Shown: positions 1-11,382 of the stretch, piece after piece
Layout: each line of letters begins with the position of its first letter
How positions within the stretch are numbered: position 1 is the first letter of the stretch
NCBI GenBank assembly: GCA_965240325.2
Contig: OZ251227.1
Span: 3,410,001-3,474,000 of the forward strand
Length of the DNA stretch: 64,000 nucleotides
Direction of reading: 5' to 3'
Source: Rebecca billardiae RCC1528
Lineage: Eukaryota; Protista; Haptophyta
Notes under the pieces: model-generated
The model's database searches: none
What the model was told of the DNA's origin: nothing
Seen by the model: only the letters and a program-made list of their open reading frames with translations
Program-made: the position numbers and the translations under genes

Positions 1-1455
1 CGCGCGCTCTTCGTGCCCATCTCGCCCGACCTGAGGCGTCCGCGCGAGCCCGCCTCCGATCCGGGCCGCGCGGCGGCGGCGCACGGCGCGGACGGCGGCG
101 AGGCGGGTCCGTTCAGCGACCCGCCGCGCCGCACGGCGGGCGAGGCGGCGGGCGCGGCCTTCTCGGCGGCGGCGGCGGCGCTCTCGGCGGCGGCCGAGCC
201 GGTGACCAAGTCGATCCTCGGCGCGACGTTGGACGCGCCCGCGGCCGCGGAGGCCGAGGCGGCGGGCGAAGCGCGCAACGGCGGCGCGCGCGCGGCGCCG
301 CCCGCCGCGGCCGCCGCGCCGCACGCGGACGAGGCGGCGCGCGGCGGCGCGGGGACGATGCAGCTCAGCAGCCGCAAGGGCGGGGCGATGTCGCGCCTCA
401 CGCCCGCCGTGCGCTGCGCCGTGCTCGTCTTCGTCCTGCTCCTCGCCGTGGGCACGTGGGCGGTGTGCGCGCTCGCCGCGAGCCATGGGCGCGGCGACGC
501 GGCCGGCGGCGGCGCGGCCGGCGGCGGCGACGTGGACGTGGGCGGGGCCGAGGGCGCCGACGGCGGCGCGCCGCCGCACGGCGCCGACTTCTTCGCCGGC
601 GTGGACGCCGACGCCGCCGCCGCCGGCCGGCCGCACCGCCTGGGCGCGCGGCTCGGCAGCCACGGCGGCGGCGGCGGCGGCGGCGGTGCGGAGGCGCATC
701 ACTACGCATACACGACGCTCGCGCGCTCTGGGGAGTCGCTGGGCCACTCGGACCTGATCGGCTGCCAGCCGCCGGCGCACGGCGACCTGCGGCTGACGAC
801 GTACCCGGAGGGCCTGCTGCTCGTCTTCGAGAAGGCGTCCGAGCGCAAGAAGAGCGCTGCCGCGGCGCGGGGCGGCGGCAGGCGGCAGCCGGTGGCGACG
901 TCGCTCGTGCCGTCCGGCATGCAGCCGGCGGCGGGCGGCGGCAACGGCACCTGGGGCACGGTGTGCGCGCACGGCTTCGTGAACAACGACCACGGCGCGC
1001 AGGTGGCGTGCAGGCAGCTCGGGTACGCCGACGGCGCGTACACCGTCGCCGACGGCGAGCGCGTCCGCCTCGCGCGCGACGGCGTCGTCGCCGGCCCGGC
1101 GCCGCTGCACGGCACCGGCCACGGCGCGCGATACGTGGCGCCCTACGTGCCGCACGCGACGCGCGCGGTGGCGGCGACGCTGCCCATCAACGCGCAGTGG
1201 CTGGCGTGCTCGGGGAAGGAGAGCAGGCTGGAGCAGTGCGCGGTGCGGCCGTACGCCACCAACTGGGTCGTGCCCGCCTGCGCGCACGGCGCGCACGACA
1301 TCGTGCTGCACTGCGCGGGCGAGCGAGACCCAGCCGCTGCGGCGCGCGAGGAGAGCCTCTGCCCCGTGGCACTGCCGGAGGACGCGGCCGTGCCGGCCGA
1401 CGCGGCGGGCGCGGTCGTGGTCGACGCGGACCTGTCCGGCGTGGGCGCGGCGTGA
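1..1455 (+). CDS. Membrane-anchored scavenger receptor cysteine-rich (SRCR) domain protein, probably 5'-partial
   Basis: Frame open from base 1. Hydrophobic segment AVLVFVLLLAVGTWAVCALAA, then SRCR motifs WGTVC, AQVACRQLGY, CSGKESRLEQC, C.H..D..L.C. Stop TGA at 1453-1455. Confidence 0.7.
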   Translation, partial: RALFVPISPDLRRPREPASDPGRAAAAHGADGGEAGPFSDPPRRTAGEAAGAAFSAAAAALSAAAEPVTKSILGATLDAPAAAEAEAAGEARNGGARAAPPAAAAAPHADEAARGGAGTMQLSSRKGGAMSRLTPAVRCAVLVFVLLLAVGTWAVCALAASHGRGDAAGGGAAGGGDVDVGGAEGADGGAPPHGADFFAGVDADAAAAGRPHRLGARLGSHGGGGGGGGAEAHHYAYTTLARSGESLGHSDLIGCQPPAHGDLRLTTYPEGLLLVFEKASERKKSAAAARGGGRRQPVATSLVPSGMQPAAGGGNGTWGTVCAHGFVNNDHGAQVACRQLGYADGAYTVADGERVRLARDGVVAGPAPLHGTGHGARYVAPYVPHATRAVAATLPINAQWLACSGKESRLEQCAVRPYATNWVVPACAHGAHDIVLHCAGERDPAAAAREESLCPVALPEDAAVPADAAGAVVVDADLSGVGAA

Positions 1456-1712
1456 GCGCACGCGCGCGCCGGGGGGGGGGACGCCGCCGGCGAGCGCGCG
1501 ACGGGGCCGCCGCGGCGGTGTGGCGTGATTGATGACGGCTGGGCCGCCGCTGGGCGCGTGGCCGGAGTTGACTGATGAGAGAGAGTCCGCGCGGGGCCGC
1601 GCTGGCACCTGGCTGGCTGGCAGCGCCTCGCTCGGACACGGGCAGGAGTGTCGTCATTATGATCCGAATGTTCTGACGAAGCCTCGATCCGACGACGAAG
1701 CCGTCCGCGAGC

Positions 1713-1743
<31 letters not shown>

Positions 1744-2075
1744 ATAATCGCGATATATGCTGACGCTGATTAATTATCATACACATACACACACATATAT
1801 ATATGACCGCGTTCCGCGGTCCTTTTCTGCATAGAATCAACGCAGTTGGGGGCCCGCGGTGGCCGTGCAATCGCGGCTCTCCGCCGTAGTGGCAGTTCGC
1901 CAGTTGAAGTCGGTTCTGAGATGACTGAAGCTATATTAGTCCGACCGTCGCCCTGCCTGCGCGACCGCGAGACTCATTCACACTTCACACAATCACAGCA
2001 GCGGACCTGAGACCGCACCCGGCACCGGTCGTCAAATCGGACGTCCGTCTGACAACTAGCTGCCAAATGTCCAAC

Positions 2076-2202
2076 TGGCTGATCAGCTCGGATCCGACCC
2101 GTCCGCGATCGTGCCATCGGCATCGGAATTACTACTAGTAGCTGCCAAACTGTGTCCAACTCTGGCTGATCAGCTCGGATCCGACCCGTCCGCGATCGTG
2201 CC
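2076..2202. repeat. Short direct repeat, 2 copies of about 40 bp (ctggctgatcagctcggatccgacccgtccgcgatcgtgcc)
   Basis: Identical copies start near 2075 and 2162. Confidence 0.8.
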
Positions 2203-3097
2203 GAGTGAGTCGTGCCGCGGAGCTCGGAGTACTGAAGGAGTCGGGTGTGACAGCAGGGTGCTTTAGCGCTGCGGCCCGTGCCAGCCAACGACCAGACGTA
2301 CTCTGGCCACTTGACCCGTTGCACGGGTGAGTGTCAGAGTGACCGTACGCCCTGCCTAGTGCCTACCGCGCGCGCCGCGCGACCGGCGACTCGGGGTGAT
2401 GGAGAGCGGATGGCGACAGCAGCAGCAGTCCTCATGAAGACGATGAAACTGGCGGCACGGGTGCACGAGGTGGCAGGCGAAAGCGCGCCGACGAGACCGC
2501 ATTTGACACACCTGAGCCGCACGCGCGTGCCGTCGCCGAGCCGGGCGAGCGCTGCAAACGCGCAACCGTACCGCGCGCGCCACGACGGCGCGGCACTAGC
2601 TGATGCAGGCCGTACTGCCGGCACTGCTTCTGCGATCATGCGCCACGGTCGCAGCTGACTGCGTGAGCAGCAAGCGGGAGGCGGGTCCGGAGGCACGTGC
2701 AGGCGCCGTCCCGCATATGATCCGCCATCGCCCATCGTGCCGGGGCACGTCACCTCCGACGATCCGGATGTGGCCCAGTCCGGACGTCACGCGATCCGGG
2801 AAGACGAGTACGATTCGCTCGTAACGAACCGTTACACTAATGTCACGTCCAGCTGACGTCCAGATCGCACTTTACTTAAGGGAATCAGCTGGGCGCGGTT
2901 TTTTTTGGCCTGATAGACCTCTCAATGCGATCTCAAAAACTCGAAACTCGGTCTCCGCCAGCCCTAAAAATCGCCCCCCGTCCCTTTTTTTCCGCCGCCC
3001 CCCGTCCCTTTTTTCTTGATCAAAGATCTTTTTGAAACGTGGTTCGGGCCCGCTGGTGCGGGCTCCACGCTGCGCGCTCCGCCCTGCACCGCGGGCC

Positions 3098-3151
3098 ATA
3101 AGTATCGTCAGCATATATATTATATATAATATATATGCTGACGATACTTAT
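3098..3151. repeat. Perfect 54-bp palindrome in an AT-rich island
   Basis: ataagtatcgtcagcatatatattata is followed directly by its exact reverse complement. Confidence 0.9.
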
Positions 3152-3509
3152 ATTATTTGTATAACATCATCGATCTGCTGATATAGTATATATATGTTTT
3201 TAACAATAATAACTATTATATAAGACTGTAGTAGTAGTGTTTGATTAGCAGGGGCCGGGGGCGGGCCGGGCCCGCCCGGGGGGGGGGGGGGTCGCCCGCA
3301 GCGCGTCGGCCCGAGCCCGAGCCCGAGCCCGAGTCCGAGGGACGGACGACGACGGTCCCAGCAGGTCACTGGCTGCCGCGCCAATTATACCGTTAACCGT
3401 ATGTCGCCTAAGGTCGAGTCTCAGTCTCACTCATCATCAATCGTCGTCGTACTGATCAGCATGATGGCTGCCATGATCGTGGCGCCTCGCGCTCCAGCCC
3501 GCCGCGCTG

Positions 3510-4358
3510 TCACATGTACTTGTCCAGCCCCGTGCCCGCCTCCACCGGCAGGCCAAAGGTGTCCCGTATCGCCTCGACCAGCGCTGCCTCGGTGCGGAGC
3601 TCGCGCCTGTCGACGAGCTCCCCTCCTAGGCTCCTGCGCACAAGCTCGTCATTGAGGAGGTGGCACTTCTCGTCTCGGCCGGACGCGCTATCCCGCACGA
3701 GCCGCGCGAGAAAGAGCTGGTTGGTGAAGCGCGCCGTGGGCGCGGTGCACGAGAACCAGTTGGACAGGTCGAGGTCGGGCGCCGTCTCCCACCGGTCGGT
3801 CTTCCACTCGTAGAGCGCGCGCCACCGCGACGGGTCCTTGCGATCCTGCACCTCGAGCACGGTGTCCCGTCCGGCGAGGCGCGTGCGGAATGTGCCGTCT
3901 GCCAGGGTCTGGGGCACCCCGTCCGCGACACGCACCGGCGAGATGCTATTCGTGCCTGCGAAGCCCACGTCTGCAATGTACACGCCGTCGTCGAGGGTCA
4001 CGTGGAGCATCATGTGCGTGAAGGGTGTCCGCTGCTCCGGCGCCTTGCCCCAGCGCACGCGGCAGAGGACGGGCTCGACCTGGAAGCCGATGTCGGAGAG
4101 CGCGTGCTGTAGCAGCGTGTTCTGCTCGAAGCAGTAGCCGCCGCGCCCCTCGACGACGAGCTTGTGGAACACGTCGCCGGCGTCCATGGACACGGTCCCG
4201 CCCCGGACCACGTCGAGGTTCTCAAAGGGCACGGCGCGGGACTGCGCCTCCATGAGCGTGGACAGCAGCGCGAGCGTCGGCGCGAGACCGCTCGGGTCCG
4301 GACGCGGCACGTTGACGCGCCGCAGGTAGTCGCCAAGCCTGAAGGCCGCGGCGACCAT
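3510..4358 (-). CDS. NAT: Arylamine N-acetyltransferase
   Basis: Motifs VPFENLD, GRGGYCFEQN (catalytic Cys), THM (His), YIADVGF (Asp). Intronless. ATG at 4358 gives MVAAAFRL. Confidence 0.92.
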   Translation of the reverse strand: MVAAAFRLGDYLRRVNVPRPDPSGLAPTLALLSTLMEAQSRAVPFENLDVVRGGTVSMDAGDVFHKLVVEGRGGYCFEQNTLLQHALSDIGFQVEPVLCRVRWGKAPEQRTPFTHMMLHVTLDDGVYIADVGFAGTNSISPVRVADGVPQTLADGTFRTRLAGRDTVLEVQDRKDPSRWRALYEWKTDRWETAPDLDLSNWFSCTAPTARFTNQLFLARLVRDSASGRDEKCHLLNDELVRRSLGGELVDRRELRTEAALVEAIRDTFGLPVEAGTGLDKYM

Positions 4359-5165
4359 GCTGATGATGATTGATTTGACGACTACGAGCGCAGCATCAGT
4401 CGTGATCCAGTTCTTCAGCATCGACGACCGCGGCTCGACCGACCAAGGGGGTTCAATGACCGACTACCTGTACAACACAGTAGTAAAGGGCCGAGCCACT
4501 ATAAAAAAACCCATCGTTTTGGTCAAAACTGGGCGCAAAGTCTGGTCTTTCTGCCGGCGGATCGCGTGATGGCAGAGGAGCACTGCAGCTGCGCCTTCTC
4601 CCCCGGGGGACCCGGCGCCAGCGGCGCGGCGCGCGCGCGGCTGCGACTCGGCGCTCGCGCTCGACCCGTACGACAGCCGCACCGGACTCGCTGCGCCCCT
4701 TGGCTCGCTTGCCCACAGAGCGCCGCGCGGACCTGGCATGCGTGTCGCGGCCTGCACGCGCGAGGTGCCAATCTCAAATTTGTGCGACGTTCAGGGCGGC
4801 GAGGTCGGCACCGTCGACGAGTAGGATGGGTTCTTGACCTCCGCACGTCCCACGCGGAAGTCAAGAGCGCGTCGGAGCGGCCGGGGACCGCGACCTCGTC
4901 GCTGTGAACGTAGCACAAATTCGCGCACGTGGGCCGTGGGCACGTCGGCACGATGCAGCGCTGCCTGACAGTTACAGTGGCTTAACCGCTTACATGCGGA
5001 CTACTGTTTACTATAAGAATAAGAGACGCACACAGCTCAGGCGGGCGGGATACGACGGACCGTAGTACTTTACTTTACCTGAGTACGGTACTACAGTGCT
5101 GACGTACTGAATGTCGTCGAGTCGCCCTGTCATGCATCAGCTCACATCAGTGGACGAGACCAGGA

Positions 5166-6530
5166 TTATGCATACGGGCGGGCCACCCACTTCAGGAAGA
5201 GAGCAGGGTCCAACTTGCCCAGTGCCTTGCGGACAACGTGCAGGACCGCCACTATCACCCTCCGTTCAGATGCAGCAGAGTTGCCATACACCCTCAAGAT
5301 GTGAGACCTCGCATTGCGCGTGATGTTTTCGGCCTGTTCCAAGTGCTCTTCACACCAAGCCAGCTTGTCCCCAAGGTCTGCCCAGCTAGGCTGGACTGGC
5401 ACATAGTGCACCCAGGGCACTAGCGCTCCCTGCAGCGCCCACGTCTCTTTCGTGGGTGGTGGCATCAGCACCACGCTCCCACTCAGCAGCATCCATGAAA
5501 GCCCTGTGGCCACATCATTGCCCTCTGCAGACAGCAGGTACCTGCACTGGCGCATCTCCTCCACAGAGAGCTTGCCCTTGCCAAAGTCGGCCACTCCCAC
5601 TGCATCAACTAATTTGCCAACGTAGCCCACATCAATGCGGACCCCACCTGTCCCCTGCGCCCTGCTCACTCCTCCCCATGTGCGCACCAGGGCAAGTCTG
5701 TCCGATCTGGGCAGGCTTGGGCAGGTAGAGGCGGTTCCACGTTCTTTCGCACGACTGGCCATCTTGCTGCACTTCACTTCAGCACGGAGTCTTTTAGCAG
5801 TACGCCCAGTGGGGGCGCCTCTCCAGGGGGCACACCGCTTGCGTTGGAGGAAGGGCAGCGGATGGCCTTTCTGCAGATCCAGCACAGCTTGCAGCCCAGA
5901 TGTGTGGCGGCCTTGAGTGAGAGGTAGTAGCACACCAGGGCCGCCTCCAACCAGGCGTGCCTTTGTCAGAACAGGCATGCCTGCCACATCGAGGCCAGGG
6001 AATGTGTCACCAAGGAGGAACCACCATAGCCAATCACGCTCTGCTGCAACGTGCACGCCTGCCCTGCTGTCACTGCTCAGTGCCGCCAAGTACGCTTCCA
6101 GTGAGCAGACTAGCTCAGTAACGGCGACTCGAGTATAGCCGGCTGCCAGGCATGCCTTCATCTCTGCGAGCGTGAGAGCCCTGTGCCAGTGTAACTTCAG
6201 GGCCTCCGGGCAGTTGGTCACGTTCACCGCGTTGAGGCGTTCCTCACCCAGCCGTTGCACTGTCATCGCGTTGGAGTGGTCACCGTCCCCCGTGGCAGAT
6301 TCACGCTCTGCGATCGCGAGTGCAGCGGCGCCATCGACTGTGGCCGCCAGTGATGGGCCGACGTAATGCTTGACTCGCCACAGCTCGTTCTCGCTGAGCC
6401 CCGTCAGAGGGAACGCTGGCATGCCCTCGGCCCAGCGCGCCGAGCAAGCTGGCCAGAGGCTGTCCACACGATGCCCCCCATCATCTGCATCGGCTGCGAG
6501 CAGCAGGACGAACACGAGGTGAGCCGCCAT
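5166..6530 (-). CDS. Glycosyltransferase family 90 (CAP10/KDELC-like) protein
   Basis: Signal-like MAAHLVFVLLLAA. WRGAPTG, then RYLLSAEGNDVATGLSWMLLSGSVVL...LVPWVHYVPV..DL.DKLAWC, typical of Glyco_transf_90. Confidence 0.85.
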   Translation of the reverse strand: MAAHLVFVLLLAADADDGGHRVDSLWPACSARWAEGMPAFPLTGLSENELWRVKHYVGPSLAATVDGAAALAIAERESATGDGDHSNAMTVQRLGEERLNAVNVTNCPEALKLHWHRALTLAEMKACLAAGYTRVAVTELVCSLEAYLAALSSDSRAGVHVAAERDWLWWFLLGDTFPGLDVAGMPVLTKARLVGGGPGVLLPLTQGRHTSGLQAVLDLQKGHPLPFLQRKRCAPWRGAPTGRTAKRLRAEVKCSKMASRAKERGTASTCPSLPRSDRLALVRTWGGVSRAQGTGGVRIDVGYVGKLVDAVGVADFGKGKLSVEEMRQCRYLLSAEGNDVATGLSWMLLSGSVVLMPPPTKETWALQGALVPWVHYVPVQPSWADLGDKLAWCEEHLEQAENITRNARSHILRVYGNSAASERRVIVAVLHVVRKALGKLDPALFLKWVARPYA

Positions 6531-6876
6531 AAGGTGTGGGTGCGGGGGTCGCGCACGGGCGTCGGCCGCGCCAAAAATTAATACGGAAAATTGCCTCGCG
6601 TTCGGGGCTTCAAGGGCTGGCGTTCCCGGGCCCCGGCCCTGTGTAGTGTCCGAGTGTCTGGTAATCTCTCTCCTCCGGACTGCCGCCATCGTACCTGGGC
6701 GGGCCCACGCCTTCGTGCGCCCGCTCGTGCGTACCGGTGCCGGTGGACGAATGCCCAAAGCTCAGGTGCCTTGCCACCCTCTCCAACATGCGGTTCATGG
6801 TTTACTAGGTGAACCTGCTGATGGCTTTATTGACCCACTGTCGACACTCGTCGGCGTCATCGGATCATTGTCTGTG

Positions 6877-8052
6877 TCAGTCCATCGGCGGCGTCGGCGT
6901 CTGGTCGTTCAGCACGGTGCGGTGCTGCCGCAGATCGGCGCGGCCCTGGTCGCGGTACACGGCGTTGGCCGCGACGGCGAGCACACCCACCACGACCAGC
7001 AGGAGCGCGGCGACGCCGGCGACTCTGGGCAGCGTCGCGGCCGGGTCGGCGCGCGCCGCGGACGCGACGAGAGCGGGCGCGCCGTCCGCTGCCATGCCGC
7101 TGCTGCCGCCCTCGGCCGGCGGGCAGAGCTCGTTGACGCGGTCGAGCGCGGCCTGCGCCTTGTACCGCGCGCCCGACGGCGAGGTGAGGTCCTGGTGCGC
7201 GTCGATGTACGCCTGGTACACCGCGCGCAGGTGCCGGTTCGTCCGGCCGCAGTCGAGCTCGATCCCCTCGAGGCCGTGCGGGTCGCGCGAGACGGCCGAG
7301 GCGAACGCCCACGCGCAGATGCACCAGTGACCGCCCGGATGGACGACGCGCGAGAGGTCGTTGGCGTCGTGCGCGGCGCTGGTGCGCAGGAACTCGTCCG
7401 ACATCGTCACGCACACCTCGTGGTACCTGCGCCACCAGGCGAGGCGCGGCGCGGTGGGCGGGCGAGGGAAGCGGGGGGGGGGCGCTCAGCTCGGCGCGCA
7501 TCGCATGCACGGAATGCGCGCTCGGCCGCCGCGGCAGCGCGCGCACCCGCCGTCGGACGGCGACCACGCGCACGAGCCGGTGCGCGTCCAGCCGGTCGTG
7601 GTGCCATCGTTCGCCTGCGTGCACGACTTGAGCGGCGTCTCGGCCAGGCTCATGTCGAAGCCCGTGCGGTCGCACGTGAGGCGCGCGCTCGCGCCGCGCA
7701 GCATCGCGTCCAAGCGCTCGGCGCTCATGCGGTTCTCGGCGAAGCGGAAGCCGTCGCCGACGAAGTCGCCGCCGGCGAAGATGAACGAGTGGTGCTGATC
7801 GCCGTACGCGCACTGGAAGTACCTCATCAGCTCGTCGTCGTACTCCGCCCACGTGTTCTGCGCGAAGCAGAGACCGACCGATGCAAACCGCGTGAGCGCG
7901 ATGCCGGTGCACGGGCAGCCCTTCCAGCCGAAGAGCGCGACGGGCGAGTCGTGGATGGCCCGCTGCACCTCCTCCAGCCGGCGCGGCGGGAGCAGCGCGT
8001 CGCACCCCGAGCGCGCGCCCAGGCCGCCGAGCACGACCAGCCCCAGCAGCAT
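6877..8052 (-). CDS. Secreted/membrane-anchored glutaredoxin-like + DUF2237 fusion (2 exons; intron 7427-7546)
   Basis: Signal peptide. SPVALFGWKGCPCT...SFIFAGGDFVGDG (glutaredoxin-like). TTGWTRTGSC...D.GYHEVC...FL...NDLS....PGGHWCICA (DUF2237). C-terminal TM. A GT..AG intron restores GGYHEVC. Confidence 0.75.
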
Positions 8053-9509
8053 GCTCGCTGGACGGGCGCGCGGTGCTGCGTTGCTGGCGAGATTCGAGCA
8101 GTCGCGCGAGGGACGGAGTGGCGGCTTCTCGACACGGAGCGTTGCGCCAGCTGGACAAACGCGAAGGGACCCACCGTCCACTCGTCCAGGATCCTTGGAC
8201 TTGTGGAGGGCCCCGGCGAGACCTGCACTCGGATCGGGGCCCTCTCCCGCTGTGCCGCTTGCGGCGCACGCCTGACCGGTGCGGCGGGCGACGTGTGCGC
8301 ACGCCGTGCAGCTCGCGGCGCGTGCGCGTTGGCTAGATGGCACACGTCTCCCGACGCACAAGTCGAATGACCGCAGCTGGGATGCCCTTTCGCGCCGCAA
8401 GGACGCTTGCGAGGCCGGTCGCGCGGCCGAGCGGCGTGGCCGTGCCGCCTGCACGCAGTGCGCCCATGGACTTGGCTTCGCCGCGCGCGCTGAGGCTGGC
8501 GAGCGTCACGGCCGGATTCTACGACGCGCGCGACGCGCCATCTGCCTGCTTCCTTGCCTCCGACGCACGTTTTCTGCGGGCAGCGGCGACTCGCCCGCCC
8601 ATGCGGCGGCGAGCCGCCATCCACCGCGCTTCGCCCTAAACAGAGCGCGGAACATTTCGTTTTGAAAAGCGCAGATCTGAAAAGACCGGAGGGCGTTTGT
8701 CCAGCTGGCGCAACGCCCCTGAAGGGTCTCGACACGTGCACGGGGCCGCGAACTACTTGGCAACCTTGGGCGTCCGGTGCTCACCAACTTGGCAACTTGG
8801 GCGCTTTCGGCCCCGGACCCATCGATTCGAGAGCGGAGCCGTCCGATCCGACGCCGACCCGGCTGGCGGCTGCCGACTGGCGAAGGACTGCCAGCTGCTC
8901 CGGTCAAGCTGTCCGACTGACTCAGTCCACACTCACCGTACGTGAAACCAGCATCGCAGATCATCAATATGTTATGGCGGCGGCCTGGCCGGGCTGGCCG
9001 GATGGTCTGCCGGCAGGGACAAAGGACACACGCAGCCGCCCCGCCAGGCCGGAGGCCCCAGGCCCCAGGCCCGCCCTGGCGACGACCCGCCAGCTGAGAG
9101 GCGTGCGCCCGAGTACGGGTTGGCACCAGAATGGCAGCGGCAGGCCTCCGAAGCCCGAGCCGCGGCCGCGCACCGCCGGCGGGCGCCTGTCCGCCCATTC
9201 GGCCCAACCGCCCAACCGGCACTCCGGCGGCGGCAGATATGATAATGAGTGCCGCAGGACGACGACGTCAGCGCGATCGATCGACGCTCGGCGCCTGCCG
9301 CGGCCGAGGCCGCGGCTGCGCCGACCGCCCGCCGTCGCCGAGCGGCAGCCCCGCTCTGAGCAACACTCGCCCGGCCCGGGCTCGGTGCGGGTAGCAGCGG
9401 CGGCACCGCCGGCAGCGGCGGCGCCGCCCGGCGGCTCCGCCGGTGCGTCGCGCGCGCCGCGTCCGTCGCGCCACGCTGCGCGGCCCCAGCGCTGGGAGCG
9501 CGCGGCCGC

Positions 9510-11226
9510 TCATGCGAGCGGCGAGGCGGCACGCGCGCGCGCGCGCGACAGCGCGACGGCCGCTGCCGCGGCGAGGGTCGCGCCGAGCGCCAGTCCGGCG
9601 CCAAAGGCCAGCGCCGCGACGGGCGCGGCGGCGGCGCGCCCGTCGTAGGCGCGGCGCGCCGCCGCGCCGAGCTGCCAGCGCGCGGCGGGGTCGGCGCGCG
9701 CGGCGTCCGGCGAGCCCGCCGAGGCGCGCCACGCCGCCACGTCCTCCGCGACCCAGCTCAGCCGCACGCCGCCGTGCCCGCTCGCCCCGTCGTGCTTGTG
9801 CGGCCCGTGCAGCGAGAAGGTGCCGTTGCCCGAGCCCGCGCGGCCGAGCGGCACGAGCGCGTGTCCGAGCAGCGCGTCGCGCCCGCCGTCCTCGTCAATC
9901 AGCTCGACCAGAACGACCGGGTGGTGGGGCTCGACGTCGACGAGGAGCGTCTCGCCGACCCAGGTGACGTTGCCCACGTTGCGCGCGACGCTCGTCGACG
10001 CGTGCGCGCCGCCCGTGCCCGAGATCCGGACGAACGGGTCCGAGAGGTCCGGGCGCTCCGCGTGCCGCCTGTCCCGGTCCGAGTCAGCGAGTCCAAACGC
10101 CGAGATGCGCGAAAATGCCACGCGCTGGGGGCCGCCGTCGGGCGGCGGCACGCCGCCGCCGGCCGTGCCCGCGGCGGCGGCGGCGGCGCCGCCGCCGCCC
10201 AGCGTGTCGGGCACCTCCGGCGTGGGCTCGCCCGCGCACAGCGCGCGCACGCGGCCGCCGCCCTTGTCTCCGCCCACAAACGTGAGCGAGCCCGTCTGCA
10301 CGAAGAGAGGCGCGTCCGCAGCGGCAGCGGCCTTGACCGCGTTGCCGGTGAACGTGTTGGAGGCGCCGATGGCGATGAAGCCGGCGTCGTTCAGCGCGAT
10401 CGCGCCGCCGTCCTGCTCCGCCGAGTTCCCCGCGAACGCGCAGCCCGACACCGACGAGCCCTCGCCCTCGCCGCCGCGCGCCGCGAGCGCGCCGCCGACC
10501 GACGCCGAGTTGCCGGTGAAGCTCGAGTCGACGACGACGAGCCGCGTGGCCTCGAGCGCGGCGATCGCGCCGCCCGCGTTGGTCGCGCGGTTGCCCGTGA
10601 AGGCGCACGCCTCGACGCGCACGCCCGTCGAGTCGAACACCACGAGGCCGCCGCCGGACAGCTCGGCGGCGCTCGTGCTCACGTGCACGGACTCCATGCT
10701 GACTGAGGTGCACGTGTCGAGCAGCAGCGCGCCGCCCGAGCCGCCCGAGGTGGAGGAGGACTGCGGGTGCGCGCGCGTGCGCGCGGCGTGGGCGCGTCGG
10801 CGTGGGCGCGGTGCTCTCGAGCGCGCGCGCTCTCCCTCTCTCTCTCTCTCTCTCGCGCGCGCGGGCGCGCTCGGGCGCGGGGCGGGCGCGGCGCGGCGCG
10901 CGTACGTCGCTCTTGCCGTTCTTGAGGACGAGGTTCTCGAGCAGCGCGTCCTGCACCTGGGAGAGCTCGATCAGCCGCGTCGCGCCGCCCCCGTCGATCA
11001 CCGCGTCCATCTGGCTCCGCCCGCTGATCTTCACGCTGTGCAGATTGGCGAGCCGCAGCGGCTTGTCGATACTGTACGTGCCCGCGCTCTTGATGCTAAT
11101 GGAGTCGCCGGAGAGGAGCTGCTCGAAGGCGGCGACGAGGTCGGTGGTGGAGTGCACGTTGTACGTCTTGGCGCGCGCGCTCGCGAGCGCGCACGCGCCG
11201 AGGAGGAGGAGCGGCAGCCGCGCCAT
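9510..11226 (-). CDS. Type I membrane protein with right-handed beta-helix (GGAI/FxGN POMP-like repeats) and C2-like domain (intron 10761-10905)
   Basis: Signal peptide MARLPLLLLGACALASARA. Repeated FTGN..GGAI motifs. AFGLADSD...SDPFVRI...VELIDEDGGRDALLG (C2-like). C-terminal hydrophobic helix. Confidence 0.75.
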
Positions 11227-11382
11227 CGTCGCCGCCGCCGAGCGCGGAGTGGTCGGTCTCAGCTTCGGGCGTGGGCAGCCGCGCGTGCCGCCGCCGCTCA
11301 GAAATCAGAAAGGCGTTCGAGCGCCGAGCCCGAGTTTTCGGCGTGTGGCCGTGCGTTTCGTCAAGAGCCTTGGACCGACGCG

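Noticed and set aside
1851-3097. Possible TIR element (GGCCCGCGGTG ... CACCGCGGGCC)
   Set aside because: Only an 11-bp GC-rich match with no target duplication; could be chance.
9796-11382. N-terminal extension of the 1738-aa CLC ORF (likewise 17811-19259 for the CHAT ORF)
   Set aside because: Antisense to real minus-strand genes; better ATGs lie at 11383 and 19260.
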